From Felis catus (lineage: Eukaryota): DNA of 64,000 nt. Made by a program: the position numbers and the translations under genes. Of the stretch, positions 1-12,478 are shown piece by piece. The stretch is taken from NCBI RefSeq assembly GCF_018350175.1, contig NC_058368.1, positions 61,134,001 through 61,198,000 of the forward strand, read 5' to 3'. Below the pieces are notes generated by a model. The model made no database searches and was not told the origin of the DNA. It was given only the letters and a program-made list of their open reading frames with translations. Every line of letters begins with the position of its first letter. The stretch's first letter is position 1.

Positions 1-1393
1 TATGTAGCCTGTGTGAAGCACAGCAAGAGGACAAAGTGTCAAGGTGTATCACAAATGATTTGAGACTAGTCTAAAAGAAGCAAGAAAGTAAGAATGAAAG
101 TATAACATCAATGACAAATGGAAAGGAAAGGAGATTATTAAATCACCTAGATTCCCGAGGTATATGTAGATAATAAGTATTTCTGGAGCCAAAGGAATGA
201 GTTGCTAAACAAAGAAGAGCAAAGATTAGAATTTAAATGTCACATGTCTTAATAAAATATTTACATACAGTATTAACTTCCTCAGGATTTCCAAGAGATT
301 CAACTTTAAAGAATAATCACATCTCAGAATACCCTCGCTCAACTAAGGGTGGTAGTTGTCCTAAAGCTCCTGAAAGGGCTGGGGGAAATGACAGGAAGAA
401 GAATATCAACAGAGTATATAGTGGAGTGTTTTTTATCATTAATAATTTTTCACTTATAAATTTAAAACTGAAAGTTTATTATTTCAAAGTGCTTTTGTAC
501 GCTAATATTTTAGGTTATAAGTTTTAAGATATAGTCCAAGCACACAAAGTTACTTACCTTGGACATAGAAAATCTCTCTATTCTGTGTGTATTATTCTGT
601 TTACATAAACCTTCGTGATTTATGTATTTGTACACCAGTGGCTATGAAACTATATTCTTAGTGTGCTCCCAGGATTTCAGGGTTCCAACAAAGATTTAAA
701 ACCTTGTTATTCCTAAGTTAATCTTGTTCTTTATAGAAACTCCCTGTAGTGTGTAATTCATAGTACCTTGAAAGGTAACCTTGCACTACTGGGTAAAATA
801 ATGGTCCAATGGGGAACTTTTTATATCAGCACCCTAATATATATAGTTAATTCATGATTATCCATAAGTGGGTAATAGAGATTGAGGATTTTCTTGGACT
901 TTAGATGGTTTCATTTTCTGTGGTGGTTGTCGTTGATAATGTTGTCACTAGTGAGAAATAAAAAGCTGGCAGTGCCTGATAATCATTTTCTGAACCCCCA
1001 AATAAGCTTTCATAGTAACTAAGGACAAAAGGTGAATATATTATAAAACAAACTACAGTGTGTTTCAAATTCATATCAAATAAACCCATTGCAAGTAATT
1101 TGTTTTATATATAATATATATAATATATATGATGCTTTTAAGCCCCATTTTTTTGTTTGCAACCTTATAAATTAAGAAGGAAAAGGCAAATCTGGAAGGA
1201 AACACTGGACAGAAACTTCAGATGGCATATCACAAGTGGATAAATGAAACACATTACGGAAATGGGAAGACAATGATACAGAGGAATAGATGGGAAAGAT
1301 AAACTTACTAAATGCTATATATGATGATTATCTGTGTTATTACTAATAAGTTGATGAATGCAAATTAAAACAAAGTATTGCCTTAAAGCTAAC

Positions 1394-1612
1394 GGGGCAC
1401 CTGGGTGGCTCAGTTAGTTGAGCTCCGACTTTGGCTCAGGTCACGATCTCATGGTCTGTGGGTTCGAGCCCCGCGTTGGGCTCTGTGCTGACGGCTCAGA
1501 GCCTGGAGCCTGCTTCGGATTCTGTGTCTCCCTCTCTCTCTGACCCTCCCCCATTCATGCTCTGTCTCTCTCTGTCTCCAATATAAATAAACATTAAAAA
1601 ACAAAAAATTTT
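1394..1612 (+). mobile_element. CanSINE (feliform SINEC_Fc-type)
   Basis: GGGGCACCTGGGTGGCTCAG head, GGTTCGAGCCC B-box, CT tract, AATAAA and A tail; short TSD AAAGCTA. Confidence 0.95.
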
Positions 1613-1996
1613 AAAAAGCTATCAATTTGTGAAACTTTTTATATTGGATAATACACATAGGTGATGATGTTGAGAGATTGATACTATTATCCATGTCTGG
1701 TAAGAATTTGTACTGGTACATATGTTATGGAAAATAATCTGGTATTATTCAAGCAAACCAATATGTGCATGCTTCAAAACTGAAATTCCATTACTTGATT
1801 TAAAACAAGATTTTTATAATAGTATTGTTTGTGGTAGAACATATTTGGGTGTAATCTAAGTTACCATTACTAGGAAAATGGATACATAGCTAAAAGATAT
1901 AAAGAAAGAACAAAAGACAAGACTTGTGTAAAAAAAGTAAAAATAGATAGTAGTTTGTAACATAGTATCATTGATGAAAATTAAAAACAGATACAT

Positions 1997-2213
1997 GAGG
2001 AGAGCCTGGGTGGCTCAGTTGGTTAAGCATCCAACTCTTAATTTTTGGTTCAGGTCATAATCTCATGATTCATGAGTTCAAGCCCCTCATTGGGCTCTGT
2101 GCTGACAGCACGGAGCCTACTTGGGAGTCTCTCTCTCCCCCTCTCTCTTTCTCTGCCCCTCCCCTGCTCACACACACACTCTCTCTCTCTCAAACAAACA
2201 TTAAAAAAAATTT
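1997..2213 (+). mobile_element. CanSINE (older subfamily)
   Basis: Decayed head, GAGTTCAAGCCC, CT tract, A tail; TSD AAAA(C/A)AGATACA. Confidence 0.9.
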
Positions 2214-3617
2214 AAAAAAAGATACAGCAAATAATACTATTTAAGAACCCATATATCATATTTTATTGGGTGCATTAAAACATAGGATGAAATAAGATCT
2301 GAAGAGAAAGATTAAAATTCTGAAAAAAACTGTGGCAGAGACATCAGGTAACTAACTATGATCTGTGATGTTAGAAATCTGGTTTTACCTGTTCTCTGTA
2401 TATCTGAAAGAAAATTGGAATAAAAAAGCAATACTATTATCATAAGCATTGTAAGTAGAAATATTACAAATTCTTATAACAACAGTGTATGGAAGTTACT
2501 CAAAGGAAAGGTGAAAATGAGATAATCTTGAGGAAACTTCACAGAATGCAAAGGAACAAGAAAAAATACATAAATGTAATAAAAGAACAAAGGTTATAAA
2601 AAAAGGACAGTCAATAAAAACATCTGGATAAGTGATATCTTTAAATTAGCAAAGAAAGGATACAAAAAAAACGTTCAAAATTGTGAAAAGGGAAGGCTTG
2701 AATCTGTAGATTGATATGTATCACCTGGTTTCAGGAAAATTTAATAAAGTTAAATCAAAATATATTCTAGCAATACACTAAGCCACAGAGATAAAAAAAT
2801 ATTATGGATATTGAGGCTGGGAAAGAAGGTTATATAGAGGGAATGAAATTCACAGAATCTTTACAGCCATTTTCAGTATCACTCCCCCCCCAAAAAAAGA
2901 ACAACAAAAATCTTTCCCAGAAATATTTACAAGGAAATATACGCAAAAATACTCAATGTAATTAAAAACCTATACCTTTTATGAAGAGATCACAGCAAAC
3001 ACAGAAAGCCTGTAAGTCATATAAGTATGTTATCACTAGAGTCCACATTATAGAAGTAAATATAATTCAATAAAGGTAGCTACGTGTTGCAAATTATTAT
3101 ATTACATGTAAGCAGCAGTAAATGTGCAATTTGAAATGTTAAAGATACAACAGAATTGATACAATTTAAAATTATTTGGGGGTAATTTAAAACCTTTTCA
3201 CTTTTTAAGCCCTTTGAATGTCTTACTTGTCTTTGCCATGAGTTTAATTTGAACTTAGGTTAAAGCAAGTCACACTTCTTTGGTTCTGGTATGGATTCTA
3301 CCAGTTCTGTTATGGGAAACACACTTGAGGTAAATATAATACCACAAAGTAATTGGGAAGTGTTCTGGAGAAGGAATTACGCTACTTGTTGATCGAATAC
3401 CAAAGGTGATGCAAAATCTTTATTCATCAGTGTGGGGCTCCATATCATGAGAGGTCAAGTATATTTATCAACTTTATTTTTTTTCATTTGCCATGTATTC
3501 TTTTGATAAATGTGCCTAATCTGAAACAATCCATGCTTAGATTCAGATCCTTCCGTTCAGATTATTTCATAAATAATGGGTATTTTCACCTTCCATTTGT
3601 TTTCCATTTCTGATTTT

Positions 3618-3811
3618 TAAAATTTTTTTTTAATGTTTAAGAGAGACCCAGAGTGCAGTGGGGGAGGGGCAGAGAGAGAGGGAGACAGAATCCAAAGCAG
3701 GCTCCAGGCTCTGAGCTGTCAGCGCAGAGGCTGACATGGGGCTCCAACTCCCAAACCATGAGATCATAACCGAAGTCTGAAGTTTAACCAACTGAGCCAC
3801 TCAGGAGCCCC
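3618..3811 (-). mobile_element. CanSINE (feliform type)
   Basis: Reverse-complement head at the right end, poly-T at the left; TSD CATTTCTGATTTT. Confidence 0.93.
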
Positions 3812-4088
3812 TCATTTCTGATTTTAAGTTTGATCACCTGGTCAAGGTGTTTTCTGGCTTCTCCACTGTATGTTCTCCTTGCAAATGACAAGCAGTCTGT
3901 AGGAAGACATTTAAGATGATGGAAATATCCTCCTCACAGCTTCTGTCCACTGTCCCCAGTAATTTATTATTCATTCATTATTCATGCCTGGACAGTCTTT
4001 CTATGATGCTTACAAAATTATTTCCCAAATTCATTTTTCTGCAAATTGATCAGTCACCATTTTCCTGTAAGAAAGATCCCTACCTTCT

Positions 4089-4282
4089 GGGGCGCCTGGG
4101 TGGCTCAGTCGGTTGAGTGTCCGACTTTGGATCAGATCATGATCTCGTGGTCTGTGAGTTCGAGCCCCACGTCAGGCTCTGTGCCGACAGCCTGGAGCTG
4201 CTTTGGATTCTGTGTCTCCCTCTCTCTCTGCCCCTCCCCTGCTCATGCTTGCTCTCTCTGTGAAAAATATATATATATTTTT
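4089..4282 (+). mobile_element. CanSINE (feliform type)
   Basis: GGGGCGCCTGGGTGGCTCAG head; perfect 17-bp TSD AAAGATCCCTACCTTCT (4072-4088 / 4283-4299). Confidence 0.96.
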
Positions 4283-4317
4283 AAAGATCCCTACCTTCTC
4301 CATCAAGAATGTATATA

Positions 4318-4533
4318 GGGGTGCTATATACTGGGTGGCTCAGTCGGTTAAGCATCCGACTTCAGCGCAGTTCATGATCTCACAGTCCGTGAGTTCAAGC
4401 CCTGCATTGGGCTCTGTGCTCACAGCTCGGAGCCTGGAGCCTGCTTCAGATTCTGTGTGTCCCTCTCTCTCTGCTCCTCCCCTGCTCATTCTCTGTGTCT
4501 CTCTGTCTCAAAAATAAAAATATTTAAAAAAAT
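4318..4533 (+). mobile_element. CanSINE (feliform type) with a 6-nt insertion in the head
   Basis: GGGGTGC[TATATA]CTGGGTGGCTCAG head; TSD AATGTATATA (4308-4317 / 4534-4543). Confidence 0.95.
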
Positions 4534-5238
4534 AATGTATATATATTTTATTCCTCCCTCCCTTCCTTCCTATTTGTCATTCATTTAGAATTCATCACTA
4601 TTTTTTAATTAGTGTAATGTTCAAATTGTCCCAGATTTGGCTAGAGGAAACCCGTCAAGTTGGTTCTTGTCCCCTTTTAACATGCCCTATTAAAATTTTA
4701 TTTTGTAAGAGGACTTTTTTACTTTCTGAAATGTGAGCTACCACAGGCTCATGTTAGTTATTGCCTGTGTTAGCACTTGAATTAGTCACTTTTCCAGGAA
4801 GTTCAGACTCGTTAGTGGGGAATGAAATTATCCAAAATTTGCATGCTAACTGTTCTTATGCTATCAGGGTGGTTTTGCTTCTAGGTTCTTTCATCGAATA
4901 TATATAGAAGGTATTCATATTTGCACTTCTAATTTTATTCTATGCCACAGGCTTCTTTGCCTTTTTTGTATCTCCCGCATTCCACAGTTATAACACAGGA
5001 TCTCAAGAATGTCATCACATTTACTTGTTCATTGTTCTTTCCCGTTATCCCTACACAGCAGTGGTGATTATTAAAGTATTTAATGTAGTTCTTGAAATTA
5101 TTTTTGCTTGAAAGGAGGTAGCATTAAAGGATCCCCCAAGAATATATGTACAAATGACTATATTTTTTCCGTTTTATGTATGTATATGCTATGTTTTATA
5201 ATAAAATTCAGTAAAATCACAGAACATTTTAGTTGAGG

Positions 5239-5454
5239 TTTTTAAAAAAAAATTATGTTTATTTACTTTTGAGAGACGGAGACAGAGGTGTGGGTGGGGG
5301 AGGGGCAGAGAGAGAAGGAGACACAGAATCCAAAGCAGGCTCCAAGCTCCAAGCAGTCAGAACAGCGCCCAGTGTGGGGCTTGAACCTATGGACCATGAG
5401 ATCATGACCTGAAACAAAGTCAGGCACTTAAATGACTGAGCCACTCAGCCGCTC
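5239..5454 (-). mobile_element. CanSINE (feliform type)
   Basis: Reverse-complement body (GACACAGAATCCAAAGCAGGCTCCA...ACTGAGCCAC). Confidence 0.9.
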
Positions 5455-5511
5455 AGATTTGTTTGCCAGAAGTAATCAAAGAGTGCATGCTTTAAAAAAG
5501 AAACTTGTTTT

Positions 5512-5637
5512 GGGGTACCCGGGGGCTGAGTTCATAAAGCGTCTGGCTCTTGATTTTGGCTCAGATCATGTCCTCATGGTTTGTGAGATGGAGCCCCATG
5601 TCTGGCACTTTTTTTTTTTCCCCTCTCTTTCTCTCCT
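5512..5637 (+). mobile_element. Partial older CanSINE
   Basis: Decayed head GGGGTACCCGGGGGCTGAG...TTGATTTTGGCTCAGATCATG, then a CT tract; no tail. Confidence 0.7.
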
Positions 5638-5644
5638 TTTGAGA

Positions 5645-6800
5645 CTCGTATACTTGACAGTGTCCCATAACTCCCTTAGGCTCTGTTCACTCTTTCATTT
5701 TTTTCTCTTAAGTTGATTTCAGAAGATATGTTTTTAAACTAACTGATTCTGTTTTCTGCCTGATCAAATCTGCTGTTCAAGCATCTAGTGAATTTCTGAA
5801 TTCATTGTATTTTTCAGCTTCAGAATTTCTGTTTGGTTCTTTTAGATAGCTTCTCTTTGTTGATAATATAAATTTTTCTATGCATCTTTTTTTTTCCTGA
5901 TTTAATGTGGTTACTTGTGTTCTCCTTTAGCTCAGGGAGCATGTTTAAGATAGTTATTTTTAATCCTTTGTAAGGCACCTCATAAATTTGCCTTTTTTAA
6001 GGCTTGGTTTCTGGAGCTTCATTTTATTTCTTTGATTGGGTCATGTTTTCCTGTTTCTTTTCATGCCTTGTGATTTGTATTGAGACCACAACATTTGGAA
6101 AAAAAAAAAAAAAACACTTCTCCCACTATTTATGGGCTGTCTTAGTGTAGAGGGGATGACCTTCCCTGATGGGCACAACTACAGGTCTAAGACCTCTTAA
6201 ACCTGGTCTTTTTTTTTTTTTAGTGTGTGAATATGCTTTTAGTTCTCTCAAATTTCCCAAATAATTTATCAGTGCTTCTTTTCAGAAACCCACCATCTCT
6301 TGTTCCACCTGGTCTGTGCCTGTAGAACACCTCTAACGTGATACAGTAATACTGAGTCTGTTTTCAGGGGCTTCCAAAAGATGCTGCCCGTCATGTCAGT
6401 GCTTTAAGTCAAGTGCGATGGATTTCAGTCCTTCAGGACAGCCCCCAGACTAACCAGAACATTGGACTTTTGATGTGCTGTCTTGTTTCTGTCCCAAAGG
6501 AGGACATTTTAGTTGAGATTTCTTTGCCAGAAACCTCAGTGTGGCAGGTTTCCTCCTGGTTTCACCACTTAAGTCAAATAGGGGAAAGGGCATGGAAGGG
6601 TATACAAAATGCCACACTTTTTCTTCTTTTTCTGGACCAGTTTTTTGGTTTTACATTGATCTGTGTGCTGTAGCTTCTCAACTGGTCTCTAGAGTTCTCA
6701 CGAATGTGTTCTGGTCATCATATTGTTGCTGACTTGGTCCCTATGTGAGAGAAGGAGGGCCCAAAACTTCCAAGTCCACAGTCTTGCTCGTGTCACTCTC
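5645..6800 (-). mobile_element. Old L1M 5' region (ORF1 coiled-coil part plus 5' UTR), decayed
   Basis: Reverse complement reads AACCAAACAGAAATTCTGAAGCTGAAAAATACAATG...TTGAACAGCAGATTTGATCAGGCAGAA, typical of L1 ORF1. Confidence 0.75.
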
Positions 6801-7382
6801 TAAAGTTTAAATTTTACATGCCTTGGATTCTTTGTTACCATGATTTAATATCATTCACATAACATAGACCCTATCCCGTTTTCACAGATCACTATCCTAA
6901 TGGGAATAGTTTAAGTGGTTCTGCCTCACAAACCAGGGATATTATCCTTCTGTTTTAATTTAATCTTTGAGATGTACTTGACATACATACTAGAAAACAC
7001 TACCAACAACTTATATTCACCTTAAACATAAATCAAAACCAGACAAAAAATATTTGGCAGGCTGACACTAGAAAATCATCCTATGCCTTTATTTTAATAA
7101 TTCATATTTAAATGGATAAAACACTGTGCTATCCCACCTTGACAAATATGAGAAAGGTGAAAATTTAAATAAAAATCTTCATGTTAAATGAGCCACTCAG
7201 TGATTAAGCCAAAGGCAAATAGGTAGAATTGTTTTCTTTTCAAAAATATGAACAGATTTGAACAAATGAAGGAGAAAACTCTAAAGATCCTTCAACATTA
7301 TTCACATTATATATCTGGAAGAAAATTCATTTGAAACAATGAATTAAATCCATTTTTCTTCAGTTTTCATTTTCTTACAATG

Positions 7383-7592
7383 GGGGCACCTGGGTGGCTC
7401 AGTCAGTTAAGCATCTGATGGGCTCCTATCATGATCTCACATTTTGTGGGTTCAAGCCCTGCATCACGCTCTGTGCTGACAGTTTAGAGCCTGTAGTCTG
7501 CTTCAAATTCTGTGTCTCCCTCTCCTCTCTGTCCCTCTCACACTCATGCTCAGTGTCTCTCTCTCAAAAATAAATAAACATCAATTTTTTTA
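7383..7592 (+). mobile_element. CanSINE (feliform type)
   Basis: GGGGCACCTGGGTGGCTCAG head, CT tract, AATAAA tail. Confidence 0.92.
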
Positions 7593-7654
7593 AATGCATG
7601 TTAATTTATAAGATAAAGATGATTAAATTTTATATACTATATACACAAACCAAT

Positions 7655-8450
7655 TTTTACTTATTGTAAAATGCACATAGCATAAAATTAAACATTTTAA
7701 AGTGTACAATTTATTAACATTTAGCTCATTCACCGCTATTTAGTTCCAGAAGTTTTCTTTGCCCTAAAGGAAAACCCATACCCATAAAGTTGTATGCCCC
7801 ATTTTTTCCTTCCTCCCAAACCCTGGCAATGACTAGTCTCTATGCATTTGCCTATTGTGCACATTTCATATAAATGGAATCATATGTGACTATCTGGCTT
7901 TCTTTACCTACCATAATGTTTTCAGGGATCATCTGTGTTGTGCATATATTAGTCATCAATTTATTTGTGGGTGAGTAATATTCCATTGTATGGCTCTACC
8001 ATATTTTGTCCAACAGGTGATAGATAACTGAGCTGTTTCTAACTTTAGACTTGTGAATAAAATAATGCTGCTATGAATGTTTGTGTGCAAGTTTCTGTTT
8101 GAAAACGTGTCGTTAGTTGTTACGGGTATCTAGAATTGAAATAGCTGGGTTGATGGTAATTATGTATTTAAATTATTGAGTAACTGCTGAACTGTATCAT
8201 ATACTGCTGTACCTATATCATTTCACAGTCCCACCAACAATGTATAAGGGTACTAATTTCTCCACATTCTTGCCCACATTAATTTTACTTTTTTGATTTG
8301 TTATCTTAGTTGGTGTGAAGTGGCTTCTCATTGTATTTTGATTTGTACTTCCATGAGAATGAATGATGTTTAACATCTTTTTATGTATTTGTTGGTTATT
8401 TATATATTATCTTCGGAGAAATGTTCACTTGAGACCTTTACCCATTTAGG
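7655..8450 (-). mobile_element. L1 (L1MB-like) 3' end fragment
   Basis: Antisense L1 3' UTR and ORF2 end motifs (CATTTCATATAAATGGAATCATA, TCCCACCAACAATGTATAAGGG). Confidence 0.85.
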
Positions 8451-8454
8451 AATG

Positions 8455-9380
8455 TTACTGATAGCTTATTGAGATATATTTAACATTATCCAACTCACCC
8501 ATTGAAGGTTTACAATTCAGTGACCAAATTTATGGATTTGTGCAAACACCACACTCAATTTTAGAACATTTTTATCACTTCACATCTAAACTCTTTAAAT
8601 CTCATACTCCCCATTCTCCCAGCCCCACCACCACACAGCCCTGAGCAGCTACTACTATACTTTCTGAGTATGTAGATTTCCCTATTCTGGGCTTTCACTT
8701 GAATGCAATGTTATATTATGTGCTTTTTTGTGCCTGGCTTCTTTCACTTAGCATAATGTTTTCAAGGCTTATCCATGTTGTAATATGCATCAATACTCCC
8801 TTTATTTTATTGGCTGAATAATATTCCATTGTATGGATATGCCACATTTTGTATGCTATATATCTATTGACAGACTTTCAATATGTTTTCATCTTTTGGT
8901 TTTTATGTGTAATGTTTCTGTAAATACTCATATATGTTTGTATGTGAACATGTTTCAAACTCTTGATATATACCTAGGAGTAGAAATTGCTGGATAAATG
9001 ATTACTCTGTGTTTAATCATTTGAGGAATTGTGAGACTGTGTACCATTTTACATTTCCACCAACAGTGTATGAGAATTCTAATTTATCCACATCTTCACC
9101 AATACTTGTTCTGACATTTTGATTTCACTATGCTAGTGGTGTGAAGTTATATCTCATTGTGGTTTTGTTTTGCATTTTTTAGATGACTAAGAATGTTGAC
9201 CATCTTTTCATTTGCTTATTGGGCATTTGTATATCCTATTTGGGAGAAATGTCACATCCTTGGCCCACTTTTTAATTGGGTTATTTTTCTCTTAATTACA
9301 GTGTTGTAAGAGTTTTTTATATATTCTAGATACAAATTCCTTATAATACATCTGAATTTTCAAATATTTTATCCCATTCT
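8455..9380 (-). mobile_element. Second L1 (L1MB-like) 3' end fragment
   Basis: A new antisense 3' end starts (AGCTTATTGAGATATA...), with CTGGCTTCTTTCACTTAGCATAATGTTTTCAAGG and ORF2 C-terminal motifs. Confidence 0.85.
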
Positions 9381-10706
9381 AAGAAATGGGGAAACCTAGC
9401 CTAAGGAAACAAAATTAGTCTCCTGAAACCAATCCTAAAGAAATGCAAATTTATGACATTCCTTAAAAAAAAGAGTTAAAATAACTATCTTAAAGATGCT
9501 TATTGAACTAAAAGAGAAAACAAATAGGCAAACAAAATTAGAAAAATGATGCATGGACAAAATGGTAGTATCGACAAACAAATAGAAGATGTTAAGAAGA
9601 ACCAAACAGTAATTCTGAAGCTGAAAAACATAGTGAATGGAGAAATGTATTAGATGGGTTGAACAGCAGACTTGAATAGGGAGAAGAATCAGTTAATTTG
9701 AAAACAGTTCTTTGGAATTCATCAAATCACGAGAGCAAAATGGAAAATAAAGTGAAGAGAGTCTAAGGGTGTTATGGGATGTTATCATCAGATCAATATA
9801 TCATTAATATCATTAATGCTATCATTAATATCATTAATAGGAGTTGCATAAGGAAACAAAGTTTATTTGAAGAAATAATGGTTGAAAAACTCCCAATATT
9901 GAAGAAGAAATGGGCATATAAAATTCAAGAAGCTCAAGGAATTCCAACCAAATAAAGGAGACTGACTTTGAGACATGTTACAATCAAACTATCAAAAGAC
10001 AACCTTGAAAGCAACAAGAGAAAGGTGACTTGTCCCATACAAGGGAGCTTCCATATGATTATCAGATTTCTCAGCGAAGATGTATCAGAGCAGAAAGGAG
10101 TGAGATAACATAGTCAAATTGCTGAAAGAAAAAAAAAAAACCTGTCAACCAAGAATATTGTGTTCAGAAAATATCCTTCCAATGAAATGAAAAGTTTCCA
10201 AAATGAAAACTTACCAAGATCGATAAAAGCTAAGGATGTTCATTACCACTAGACCTGCTCTGAAAGAAATGTAAAAGGGAATCCTTCAAGGTGAAAGCAA
10301 AGGATGGTAGACAGTAATGTGAAGCCAAGGAAAATACAAAGTTCTTTGGTAAAGGTAAATTCATGGCAAATGTAGTAACCTCTCTCTATTAAGGTAAATT
10401 TGGTGCATAAATTCACTTTCAATTCTTATATACAATTAAATGACTAAATTACAAAAAATAACCTATTGGCACACAGTATATAAAGAAAGATATAACGTGA
10501 CAGCAATAGCATAAATTTGGGCACATGGTTATATAATAGTATAGTTTTCACATACTATTGAAATTAGTCTTTTATCAGTTTAAAATATAATTTAAATAAT
10601 TTAGAAAAAAATTATTTTTATGCAACTACAGTGATAACCACAAAGAAAATGTCTACAGAGCATAGACAAAAGGAAATGACAAGGAGCACAGCAAAGAAAT
10701 AATAAA

Positions 10707-11776
10707 ATTAAAAGACTACCTACCGAATGGTAGGAGATATTCGCAAATGGTATGTCTGATAAAGGGTTACTATCCAAAATATATAAAGAACGTATAAATC
10801 TCAACATCCAAAGCCCTGAAATAATCCAATAAAAGATGGGCAGAAAACATGAATAGACATTTCTCCAAAGAAGACATCCAGATGACCAACAGTCATGTAA
10901 AAAGATGCTCAACATCACTCATCATCAGGGAAATGCAAATCAAAACCACATGGGATACCACTCACACCAGAGTGGCTAAAATCAACAACTCAGGAAACAA
11001 CAGATGCTGGTGAGGATGTGGAGGAATGGGAGCCCCCTTGCACTGTTGGTGAGGATGCAGACTAGGGCAGCCACTGTAGAACCAGTATGGAGGTTCCTCG
11101 AAAAATTGAAAATGGAATTGCTACGTGATTCTGTAATTGAACTTCCTGTAACTGAACTGTTTATACAAAGAATGTGAAAACAGTAATTCAAAAAGATATA
11201 TGCACCCCTTTGTTTCCTGCTGCATTATTTATAAGAGCCAAATTGTGGAAGAAGCCCAGGTGACCATCATTAGATGAATGGATAAAGAATATTATACACA
11301 CACACACACACACATATATGGGGGTTTTATATATATGTATGTATGTGTATATATATATATATCCACACACATACACTATATGCATACACACAGATATACA
11401 ATAGAATATTACTTAGACATAAAAATAAATTGTGCCATTTGCCACAGTATAGATGGATCTTGAGAGTATAATGGTAAGTGAAATAAGTCAGAGAAGGAGA
11501 AATACCATATGATTTCACTCATGTGGAATTTAAGAAACAAAAGAACAAAGAGAAAAAGACACCAAAAATCAGACACTTAACTGTAGAGAACAAACTGATG
11601 ATTACCAGAGGAGAGGTAGGTGAGTAGATGGGTGAAATAGGTGAAGGGGGTTAAGAGTACACTTATTTGGATAAGCACTGAGTAATATATAGAATTATTA
11701 AATCACTCACTGTATTGTACACCTGAAACTAATATAGCACTGTATAATAACTATATGGGAATTGTTTTTAAAAAAT
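10707..11776 (+). mobile_element. 5'-truncated younger L1 (carnivore-type) 3' ~1 kb nested in the old L1
   Basis: CTCAACATCACTCATCATCAGGGAAATGCAAATCAAAACCAC, GTACACCTGAAACTAATATA, short A tail; internal (CA)/(TA) microsatellite. Confidence 0.9.
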
Positions 11777-12284
11777 GCATTAAAACATTTATGAAACAGA
11801 TATAATTCCTATGGAAATAATCATTTTATTGTGAGATATACACTCAGATACAGGAATGAGAAGGCAATCAAAGCATGTCACCACCAAAAAAAAAAAAAAA
11901 AAAGCAAAAAACAAAACAAAAAACACAAGGGGAGGCATTAACAAAGGAGGGACAAAAAGCTTCAAGATATGCAGAAAACAATAAAAGGGAATAATTTTTT
12001 CATAACAGTAATTACCTTAACTGGATTAAATTTCTCAAACAAAAGACCTGGTTTAGCTGAATGGATCAAAAGCACAGGCTCTAGCTATCTGCCATCTGCA
12101 AGAAACTCACTTTAGATCTAATGGTACACATAGGCTGAAAGCAAAAGATTGGAAACACTTTTCATGCAAATGGTATCCCAAAGAGAACAAGGATCACTAT
12201 GCTAATATCATACAAAATGGACCTTCCATACAAAAAAAAAGTTACAAGAGATAAAGAACATTTTTTAAAATTAAAAGAATTAAA

Positions 12285-12478
12285 GGGCACCTTTGTGACG
12301 CAGTCAGTTGAGCATTCAGCTTCAGCTCAGGTCATGGTCTTGTGGTTGATAAGTTTGAGCTCCACACATCAGTCTCACTGTCAGCAGCACAGAGTCCACT
12401 TCGGATCCTCTTTTCCCCTCTATCTGCTCCTCCCCTGCTTGTGCTGTCTCCAAAATAAAAATAAAACATTAAAAAAAT
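12285..12478 (+). mobile_element. CanSINE (decayed)
   Basis: Decayed head, CTTCAGCTCAGGTCATG, CT tract, AATAAA tail. Confidence 0.85.

Larger units (their letters stand above)
1140..3170 (+). mobile_element. Highly decayed ancient L1 (L1ME-like) fragments, interrupted by two CanSINEs
   Basis: A-rich plus strand with remnants resembling the L1 3' region (e.g. AATGCAAATTAAAAC, TTATGGAAAATAATCTGG) and ORF1-like pieces; boundaries approximate. Confidence 0.45.
3500..5220 (-). mobile_element. Ancient L1 (L1MC/L1ME-like) 3' region fragments hosting three CanSINEs
   Basis: T-rich with motifs typical of antisense L1MC 3' sequence (TTTGATCACCTGGTCAAGGTG, TCAAATTGTCCCAGATTTGGC, GGAATTAGTCACTTTTCCAGGA). 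Confidence 0.55.

Noticed and set aside
2389..2403. Minus-strand 15-nt micro-exon-like pattern (TTTTCTTTCAG|ATATACAGAGAACAG|GTAAAA)
   Set aside because: Weak donor and no host gene evident; such patterns are expected by chance in AT-rich DNA
4046..4517. Recurrent ORFs with GAWVAQSV...SLEPASDSVSPSLSAPP peptides, here and at many other sites
   Set aside because: These are translations of CanSINE sequence, not a protein family; the dispersed repeats are not a CRISPR array
10601..11191. Minus-strand ORFs of 105 and 69 aa (similar ones at 14999-15358, 21930-22142, 55119-55313)
   Set aside because: Chance frames in decayed L1 3' sequence
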